In this document: piece by piece, positions 27,568 to 38,800 of the stretch
Position numbering within the stretch: the first letter of the stretch is position 1
How the letters are laid out: each line of letters opens with the position of its first letter
Assembly: GCF_009914755.1 (NCBI RefSeq)
Contig: NC_060927.1
Length of the DNA stretch: 64,000 bases
Direction: 5' to 3' (one strand)
Source: the human T2T-CHM13v2.0 reference genome, Homo sapiens
Program-made: the position numbers and the translations under genes
Notes under the pieces: generated by a model
Told to the model about the DNA's origin: nothing
What the model saw: the letters and a program-made list of their open reading frames with translations, nothing else
The model's database searches: none

Positions 27568-29446
27568 AGGAAGATATTTCGTTGTCAACCGTAGGCTTCA
27601 AAGCACTCAAAGTATTCACTTGGAACTTTTACAAAAAGAGTATTAGAAAACTGCTCTTTCCAAAGTAAGGTTCAACTCTGTGAGTTGAATGCACACATAA
27701 CAATCAAGAAGTTTCTGAGAATTCTTCTGTCCTGGTTTATATGAAAAAATCCCGTTTCCAACGAAGGCCTCAAAGACGTTTAAATATCCACTTGCAGACT
27801 TCACAAACAGAGTGTTTCCAAACTGCTCTATGAAAAGAAAGGTTAAACTCTGTGAGTTGAACGCACACATCACAAAGTAGCTTCTGAGAATGATACTGTC
27901 TAGTTTTTATACGAAGATATTTCCTTTCTACCATTGGCGTCAAAGCGCTAGAATTCTCCACTTGCAAATTCCACAAAAAGAGTGTTTCCAATCTGCTCTG
28001 TCTAAAGGAAGGTTCAACTCTGTGAGTTGAATACACACACACAAAGAAGCTACTGAGAATTCTTTTGTCAAGAATTATAAGAAGAAATCCCGTTTCCAAC
28101 GAAGGCCTCAAAGAGTTCCAAATATCCACTTGCACACTGCACAAACTAAGTCTTTCCAAACTGCTCTATGCAAAGAAATGTTCAACTCTGTGAGTTTAAT
28201 ACACACATCACAAAGCAGTTTCTGAGAATGATACTGTCTAGTTTTTATACGAAGATATTTCCTTTTGTACCATTGGCCTCATACTGCTAGAATTTTCCAC
28301 TTGCAAATTCCACAAAAAGAGTGTTTCCAATCCGCTCTGTCTAAAGGAAGGTTCAACTCTCTGATTTGAATACATACATCCCAAAAGAAGTTACTGAGAA
28401 TTCTTCTGTCTAGCATTATGTGAAGAAATCCCGTTTCCAACGAAAGCCTCAAAGAGGTCCAAATATCCAGTTGCAGAATTTACAAACTGACTGTTTCCAA
28501 ACTCATCTATGAAAAGAAAGGTTAAACTCTGTGAGTTGAATGCACATATCACAAAGTAGTTCCTGAGAATGATTCTGTCTAGTTTTCATACGAAGATATT
28601 TCCTTTTCCACCAATGGCCTCAAAGTGCTTGGAATCTCCCCTTGCAAATTCCACAGACAAGTGTTTCAAATCTGCACTGTCTAAAGGAAGGTTCAACCCT
28701 GTGAGTTGAATACACACACACAGAAAAAAATTCACTGAGAATTCTATTGTCTATCATTACACGAAGAAATCCCGTTTACTACGAAGGCCTCAAAGAGGTC
28801 CAAATATCCAGCTGCAGACATTACAAACTGAGTGTTTCCAAAGTGCTCTATGAAAAGAAGTGTTAAACACTGTGAGTTCAATGCACACATCCCAAAGCAG
28901 TTTCTGAGAATGATTCCGTCTATTTTTTCTACGAAGATATTTCCTTTTCTGCCGTTGGCCTCAAAGCGCTTGAAATCTCCACTTGCAAATTCCACAAAAA
29001 GAGAGTTTCAAATCTGCTCTGTCTAAAGGAAGGTTCAACTCTGTGAGTTGAATACACACCACAAAAAGAAGTTACTGAGAATTCTTCTGTCTAGCATTAT
29101 ATGAAAAATCCCGTTTCCAACGAAGGCCACAAAGAGGTCCAAATATCCACTTGCAGATTCTGCAAAAAGAGTGTTTCCAAACTGCTCTATGAAAAGAAAC
29201 GTTAAACTCTGTGAGTTGAACGCAAACATCACAAAGTAGTTTCTGAGAATGACTCCGTCTAGTTTTTATACGAAGATATTTCCTTTCCTACCATTCACTT
29301 CAAAGCGCTTGAAGTCTCCCCCTGAAAATTCCACAAAAAGTGTTTCCAATCTGCTCCGCCTAAAGGAAGCTTCAACTCTGTGAGTTGAATACCCACAACC
29401 CAAAGAAGTTACTGAGAATTCTTCTGTCTAGCATTATATGAAGAAA

Positions 29447-29463
29447 TCCCGTTTCCAACGAAG
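29447..29463 (-). promoter_or_regulatory. Last intact CENP-B box before the HSat1A junction
   Basis: tcccgtttccaacgaag. None seen downstream of this position. Confidence 0.9.
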
Positions 29464-29816
29464 GCCTCAAATACATCCAAATATCCAGTTGCTGACTTTA
29501 CAAACTGAGTGTTTCCAAACTGCTCTATGAAAAGAAAGGTTAAACACTGTGAGTTGAACACACACGTACCAAAGTAGTTTCTGAGAATGATTCTGTCTAG
29601 TTTGCATACGAAGATACTTCCTTTTCTACCATTGGCCTCAAAGCTCTGAAATATCCACTTGCAAATTCCACAAAAAGAGAGTTTCAAATCTGCAGTTTCT
29701 AAAGGAAAGTTCAACTCTGAGAGTAGAATACACACCAGAAAAAGCAGTTACTGAGAAGTCTTCTGTCTAGCATTATATGAAGAAATCCCATTTCCAACGG
29801 AGACTTCAAAGAGGTC

Positions 29817-29820
29817 CAAA
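29817..29820. other. Alpha-satellite / HSat1A junction with CAAA microhomology
   Basis: Alpha reads gaggtcCAAA|tatcc and HSat1A reads aaatatCAAA|gtacccc. The observed sequence is gaggtcCAAAgtacccc. Confidence 0.93.
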
Positions 29821-32800
29821 GTACCCCAATATATATTATATACTGTACATGAAATATCAAAGTTCACAAACTATATATTATATACTGTACATAAAATATC
29901 AAAGTACCCAAGGTATATATTCTATAGTGTACAAAAAATATCAAAGTACCCAAAGCATGTATTATATACCGTACATAAAATATAAAATTACATCAAATAT
30001 ATATTTTATTCTGTACATAAAATATCAAAGTACACCAGATATATATACTATAGTGTACATAAAATATCAAAGTACCCAAACTATACATTATACACTGTAC
30101 ATAAAATATGAAATTACATCAAATATATATTAGGTACATAAAATATGAAAGTACATCAAATATAGATTATATACTGTAAATATAATATCAATGTACCCCA
30201 AATATATATTTTATACTCTACATGAAATATCAAAGTTCACAAACCATATATTATATACTGTACATAAAATATCAAAGTACCCAATGTATATATTCTATAC
30301 TGTACAAAAAATATCAAAGTACCCAAAGCATGTATTATATACTGTACATAAAATATGAAAGTACATCAAATATATATTTTATTCTGTACATAAAATATCA
30401 AAGTACACCAGATTTATATTTTATAGTGTACATAAAATATCAAAGTACCCAAACTATACATTATATACTGTACATAAAATATGAAATTACATCAAATATA
30501 TATTATATTAGGTACATGAAATATGAAAGTACATCAAATATAGATTATATACTGTACATAAAATATGAAAGTACCCCAAATATATATTATATACTCTACA
30601 TGAAATATCAAAGTTCACCAACTATATATTATATACTGTACATAAAATATCAAAGTACCCAAGGTATATATTCTATATTGTACAAAAAATATCAAAGTAT
30701 CCAAAGCATGTATTATATACTGTATATAAAATATGAAAGTACATCAAATATATATTTTATTCTGTACATAAAATATCAAAGTACACCAGATATATATTCT
30801 ATAGTGTACATAAAATATCAAAGTACCCAAACTATACATTATATACTGTACATAAAATATGAAATTACAGCAAATATATATTATATTAGGTACATAAAAT
30901 ATGAAAGTACATCAAATATAGATTATATACTGTACATTAAATACCAAAGTACCCCAAATATATATTTTATACTGTACATGAAATATCAAAGTTCACAAAC
31001 TATATATTATATACTGTACATAAAATATCAATGTAACCAAGGTATGTATTCTATACTGCACAAAAAATATCAAAGTACCCAAAGCATGTATTATATACTG
31101 TATATAAAATATGAAAGTACATCAAATATATATTTTATTCTGTACATAAAATATAAAAGTACACCAGATATATGTTGTATAGTGTACATAAAATATCAAA
31201 GTACCCAAACTATACATTATATACTGTACATAAAATATGAAATTACATCAAATATATATTATATTAGGTACATAAAATACGAAAGAACATCAAATATAGA
31301 TTATATACTGTACATAAAATATCAAAGTACCCCAATATATATTATATACTGTACATGAAATATCAAAGTTCACAAACTATATATTATGTACTGTACATAA
31401 AATATCAAAGTACCCAAGGTATATATTCTATACTGTACAAAAAATATCAAAGTACCCAAAGCATGCATTATATAATGTACATAAAATATGAAAGTACATC
31501 AAATATATATTTTATTCTGTACATAAAATATCAAAGAACACCAGATATATATTCTATAGTGTACATAAAATATCAAAGTACCCAAACTATACATTATATA
31601 CTGTACATAAAATATGAAATTACATCATATATATATTAGGTACATAAAATATGAAAGTACATCAAATATATATTTTATTCTGTACATAAAATATCAAAGT
31701 ACACCAGATATATATTCTATAGTGTACATAAAATAACAAAGTACACAAACTATAAATTATATACTGTACATAAAATATGAAATTACATCAAATATATATT
31801 AGGTACATAAAATATGAAAGTACATCAAATATAGATTATATACTGTACATATAATATCAATGTACCCGAAATATATATTTTATACTCTACATGAAATATC
31901 AAAGTTCACAAACCATATATTATATACTGTGCATAAAATATCAAAGTACCCAAGGTATATATTCTATACTGTACAAAAAATATCAAAGTACCCAAAGCAT
32001 GTATTATATACTGTACATAAAATATGAAATTGCATCAAATATATATTTTATTCTGTACATAAAATATCAAAGTACACCAGATATATATTCTATAGTGTAC
32101 ATAAAATATCAAAGTACACAAACTATACATTATATACTGTACATAAAATATGAAATTACATCATATATATATTAGGTACATAAAATATGAAAGTACATCA
32201 AATATATATTTTATTCTGTACATAAAATATCAAAGTACACCAGATATATATTCTATAGTGTACATAAAATAACAAAGTACCCAAACTATACATTATATAC
32301 TGTACATAAAATGTGAAATTACATCAAATATATATTATATTAGGTACATAAAATATGAAAGTACATCAAATATAGATTATATACTGTACATTAAATACCA
32401 ATATACCCCAAATATATATTTTATACTGTACATGAAATATCAAAGTTCACACACTATATATTATATACTGTACATAAAATATCAAAGTATCCAAGGTATA
32501 TATTCTATACTGTACAAAAAACATCAAAGTACCCAAAGCATGTATTATATACTGTACATAAAATATGAAAGTACATCAAATATATATTTTATTCTGTACA
32601 TAAAATATCAAAGTACACCAGATATATATTCTATAGTGTACATAAAATATCAAAGTACCCAAACTATACATTATATACTGTACATAAAATATGTAATTAC
32701 AGCAAATATATATTATATTAGGTACATAAAATAAGAAAGTACATCAAATATAGATTATATACTGTACATAAAATATCAAAGTACCCCAAATATATATTAT

Positions 32801-35800
32801 ATACTCTACATGAAATATCAAAGTTCACAAACTATATATTATATACTGTACATAAAATATCAAAGTACCCAATGTATATATTCTATAGTGTACAAAAAAT
32901 ATCAAAGTACCCAAAGCATGTATTATATACTGTACATAAAATATAAAAGTACATCAAATATATATTTTATTCTGTACATAAAATATGAAAGTACACCAGA
33001 TATATATTCTATAGTGTACATAAAATATCAAAGTACCCAAACTATACATTATATACTGTACATAAAATATGAAATTACATCATATATATTATATTAGGTA
33101 CTTAAAATATGAAAGTACATCAAATATAGATTATATACTGTACATAAAATATCAAAGTACCCCAAATATATATTACATACTGTACATGAAATATCAAAGT
33201 TCACAACTATATATTATATACTGTACATAAAATATCAAAGTCCCCAAGGTATATATTCTATACTGTACAAAAAATATCAAAGTACACAAAGCATGTATTA
33301 TATACTGTACATAAAATATGAAATTACATCAAATATATATTATATTAGGTACATAAAATATGAAAGTACATCAAATATAGATTATATACTGTACATAAAA
33401 TATCAAAGTACCCCAAATATATATTATATACTGTACATGTAATATCAAAGTTCACAACTATATATTACATACTGTACATAAAATATCAAAGTACCCAAGG
33501 TATATATTCTATACTGTACAAAAAATATCAAAGTACCCAAAGCATGTATTATATACTGTACATAAAATATGAAAGTACATCAAATATATATTTTATTCTG
33601 TACATAAAATATCAAAGTACACCAGATATATATTCTATAGTGTATATAAAATATCAAAGTACCCAAACTATACATTATATACTGTACATAAAATATGAAA
33701 TTACATCAAATATATATTATATTAGGTACATAAAATATGAAAGTACATGAAGTATAGATTATATACTGTACATAAAATATCAAAGTACCCCAAATTTGTA
33801 TTATATACTATACATGAAATATCAAAGTTCACAAACTATATATTATATACTGTACATAAAATATCAAAGTACCCAAGGTATATATTCTATAGTGTACAAA
33901 AAATATCAAAGTACCCAAAGCATGTATTATATACCGTACATAAAATATAAAATTACATCAAATATATATTTTATTCTGTACATAAAATATCAAAGTACAC
34001 CAGATATATATACTATAGTGTACATAAAATATCAAAGTACCCAAACTATACATTATACACTGTACATAAAATATGAAATTATATCAAATATATATTAGGT
34101 ACATAAAATATGAAAGTACATCAAATATAGATTATATACTGTAAATATAATATCAATGTACCCCAAATATATATTTTATACTCTACATGAAATATCAAAG
34201 TTCACAAACCATATATTATATACTGTACATAAAATATCAAAGTACCCAAGTTATATATTCTATACTGTACAAAAAATATCAAAGTACCCAAAGCATGTAT
34301 TATATACTGTACATAAAATATGAAAGTACATCAAATATATATTTTATTCTGTACATAAAATATCAAAGTACACCAGATATATATTCTATAGTGTACATAA
34401 AATGTCAAAGTACCCAAACTATACATTATATACTGTACATAAAATATGTAATTACATCAAATATATATTATATTAGGTACATAAAATATGAAAGTACATC
34501 AAATATAGATTATATACTGTACATTAAATACGAAAGTACCCCAAATATATATTTTATACTGTACATGAAATATCAAAGTACCCAAGGTATATATTCTATA
34601 CTGTACAAAAAATATCAAAGTACCCAAAGCATGTATTACAAACTGTACAGAAAATATGAAAGTCCATCAAATATGTATTTTATTCTGTACATAAAATATC
34701 AAAGTACACCAGATAGATATTCTATAGTGTACATAAAATATCAAAGTACCCAAACTATACATTATATACTGTACATAAAATATGAAATTACATCAAATAT
34801 ATATTATATTAGGTACATAAAATATGAAAGTACATCAAATATAGATTATATACTGTACATTAAGTACCAAAGTACCCCAAATATATATTTTATACTGTAC
34901 ATGAAATATCAAAGTTCACAAACTATATATTATATACTGTACATAAAATATCAAAGTACCCAAGGTATATATTCTATACTGTACAAAAAATATCAAAGTA
35001 CCCAAAGCATGTATTATATACTGTACATAAAGTATGAAAGTACATCAAATATATATTTTATTCTGTACATAAAATATCAAGGTACACCAGATATATATTC
35101 TATAGTGTACATAAAATATCAAAGTACCCAAACTATAAATTATATACTGTACATAAAATATGAAATTACATCAAATATATATTATATTAGGTACATAAAA
35201 TATGAAAGTACATCAAATATAGATTATATACTCTACATTAAATACCAAAGTACCCCAAATATATATTTTATACTGTACATGAAATATCAAAGTTCACAAA
35301 GTATATATTATATACTGTACATAAAATATGAAAGTACCCAAGGTATATATTCTATACTGTACAAAAGATATCAAAGTACCCAAAGCATGTATTATATACT
35401 GTACATAAAATATGAAAGTACATCATATATATATTTTATTCTGTACATAAAATATCAAAGTACACCAGATATATATTCTATAGTGTACATAAAATAACAA
35501 AGTACACAAACTATACATTATATACTGTACATAAAATATGAAATTACATCAAATATATATTAGGTACATAAAATATGAAAGTACATCAAATATAGATTAT
35601 ATACTGTACATATAATATCAATGTACCCGAAATATATATTTTATACTCTACATGAAATATCAAAGTTCACAAACCATATATTGTATACTGCACATAAAAT
35701 ATCAAAATACCCAAGGTATATATTCTATACTGTACAAAAAATATCAAAGTACCCAAAGCAGGTATTATATACTGTACATAAAATATGAAAGTACATCAAA

Positions 35801-38800
35801 TATATATTTTATTCTGTACATAAAATATCAAAGTACACCAGATATATATTCTATAGCGTACATAAAATATCAAAGTACACAAACTATACATTATATACTG
35901 TACATAAAATATGAAATTACATCAAATATATATTATATTAGGTACATAAAATATGAAAGTACATCAAATATAGATTATATACTGTAAATATAATATCAAT
36001 GTACCCCAAATATATATTTTATACTCTACATGAAATATCAAAGTTCACAAACCATATATTATATACTCTATATAAAATATCAAAGTACCCAAGGTATATA
36101 TTCTATAGTGTACAAAAAATATCAAAGTACCCAAAGCATGTATTATATACTGTACATAAAATATGAAAGTACATCAAATATATATTTTATTCTGTACATA
36201 AAATATCAAAGTACACCAGATATATATTCTATAGTGTATATAAAATATCAAAGTACCCAAACTATACATTATATACTGTACATAAAATATGAAATTACAT
36301 CAAATATATATTATATTAGGTACATAAAATATGAAAGTACATGAAGTATAGATTATATACTGTACATAAAATATCAAAGTACCCCAAATTTATATTATAT
36401 ACTATACATGAAATATCAAAGTTCACAAACTATATATTATATACTGTACATAAAATATCAAAGTACCCAAGGTATATATTCTATAGTGTACAAAAAATAT
36501 CAAAGTACCCAAAGCATGTATTATATACCGTACATAAAATATAAAATTACATCAAATATATATTTTATTCTGTACATAAAATATCAAAGTACACCAGATA
36601 TATATACTATAGTGTACATAAAATATCAAAGTACCCAAACTATACATTATACACTGTACATAAAATATGAAATTATATCAAATATATATTAGGTACATAA
36701 AATATGAAAGTACATCAAATATAGATTATATACTGTAAATATAATATCAATGTACCCCAAATATATATTTTATACTCTACATGAAATATCAAAGTTCACA
36801 AACCATATATTATATACTGTACATAAAATATCAAAGTACCCAAGTTATATATTCTATACTGTACAAAAAATATCAAAGTACCCAAAGCATGTATTATATA
36901 CTGTACATAAAATATGAAAGTACATCAAATATATATTTTATTCTGTACATAAAATATCAAAGTACACCAGATATATATTCTATAGTGTACATAAAACATC
37001 AAAGTACCCAAACTATACATTATATACTGTACATAAAATATGTAATTACATCAAATATATATTATATTAGGTACATAAAATAAGAAAGTACATCAAATAT
37101 AGATTATATACTGTACATAAAATATCAAAGTACCCCAAATATATATTATATACTCTACATGAAATATCAAAGTTCACAAACTATATATTATATACTGTAC
37201 ATAAAATATCAAAGTACCCAAGGTATATATTCTATACTGTACAAAAAATATCAAAGTATCCAAAGCATGTTTTATATACTGTATATAAAATATGAAAGTA
37301 CATTAAAGATATATTTTATTCTGTACATAAAATATCAAAATACACCAGATATATATTCTATAGTGTACATAAAATAACAAAGTACACAAACTATAAATTA
37401 TATACTGTACATAAAATATGAAATTACATGAAATATATATTAGGTACATAAAATATGAAAGTACATCAAATATAGATTATATACTGTACATATAATATCA
37501 ATGTACCCCAAATATATATTTTATACTCTACATGAAATATCAAAGTTCACAAACCATACATTATATACTGTACATAAAATATCAAAGTACCCAAGTTATA
37601 TATTCTATACTGTACAAAAGATATCAAAGTACCCAAAGCATGTATTATATACTGTATATAAAATATGAAAGTACATCAAATATATATTATATACTGTACA
37701 TAAAATATCAAAGTACACCAGATATATATTTTATAGTGTACATAAAATATCAAAGTACCCAAACTATACATTATATACTGTACATAAAATATGAGATTAC
37801 ATCAAATATATATTATATTAGGTACATAAAATATGAAAGTACATCAGATATAGATTATATACTGTACATAAAATATCAAAGTACCCCAAATGTATATTAT
37901 ATACTCTACATGAAATATCAAAGTTCACAAACTATATATTATATACTGTACATAAAATATCAAAGTACCCAATGTATATATTCTATACTGTACAAAAAAT
38001 ATCAAAATACCCAAAGCATGTATTATATACTGTATATAAAATATGAAAATACATTAAATGTATATTTTATTCTGTACATAAAATATCAAAGTACACCAGA
38101 TATATATTCTATAGTGTACATAAAATAACAAAGTACACAAACTATAAATTATATACTGTACGTAAAATATGAAATTACATCAAATATATATTAGGTACAT
38201 AAAATATGAAAGTACATCAAATATAGATTATATACTGTACATATAATATCAATGTACCCCAAATATATATTTTATACTCTACATGAAATATCAAAGTTCA
38301 CAAACCATACATTATATACTTTCCATAAAATATCAAAGTACCCATGGCATATATTCTATACTGTACAAAAGATATCAAAGTACCCAAAGCATGTATTATA
38401 TACTGTACATAAAATATGAAAGTACATCAAATATATATTTTATTCTGTACATAAAATATCAAAGTACACCAGATATATATTCTATAGTGTACATAAAATA
38501 TCAAAGTACCCAAACTATATATTATATACTGTACATAAAATATGAAATTACATCAAATATGTATTATATTAGGTACATAAAATATGAAAGTACATCAAAT
38601 ATAGATTATATACCGTACATAAAATATCAAAGTACCCCAAATATATATTATATACTATACATGAAATATCAAATATCACAAACTATATATTATATACTGT
38701 ACATAAAATATCAAGGTACCCAATGTATATATTCTATAGTGTACAAAAAATACCAAAGTACCCAAAGCATGTATTATATACTGTACATAAAATATAAAAG

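Larger units (their letters stand above)
1..29820 (-). repeat. Alpha-satellite higher-order repeat array (17-mer/15-mer), most likely the human chromosome 3 active centromeric array D3Z1 (S01/1C3H1L)
   Basis: ~171-bp monomers with alphoid motifs (aactctgtgagttgaat, tttctgagaat, ccacttgca). CENP-B boxes occur in alternate monomers on the - strand. Near-identical units recur at 2891/2894/2553 bp (e.g. 76-aa ORF starts 76, 2629, 5523, 8076, 10967, 13861, 16414, 19305, 22199, 24752, 27643). One HindIII site (aagctt, e.g. 1462-1467) is seen per unit. The chr3 assignment rests on recalled knowledge (2.9-kb 17-mer adjacent to HSat1A), not on a search. Confidence 0.96.
27568..29820 (-). repeat. Truncated 17-mer HOR (~13 monomers), cut by the HSat1A junction
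   Basis: Collinear with 17-mers up to gaggtccaaa (29811-29820). The expected continuation tatccacttgcag is absent. Confidence 0.93.

Noticed and set aside
76-29735. Recurrent 64-129 aa ORFs on both strands of the alpha array
   Set aside because: They repeat with the HOR period, overlap on opposite strands and show no recognisable domain. They are chance frames in satellite DNA.
1-29820. Assignment to chromosome 4 or an acrocentric centromere, which also carry HSat1A
   Set aside because: Their active HORs have different unit sizes and monomer families. A 2891-bp 17-mer fits chromosome 3, though this was not confirmed by alignment.
29800-29840. Transposon insertion or target-site duplication at the junction
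   Set aside because: No L1/Alu sequence, poly-A tail, terminal repeat or filler bases. The other end of the HSat1A block is outside the window, so a TSD cannot be assessed.
29777-30133. 118-aa ORF spanning the alpha/HSat1A junction as a chimeric gene
   Set aside because: It is an incidental in-frame join of two satellites, with no promoter, splice or conservation evidence.
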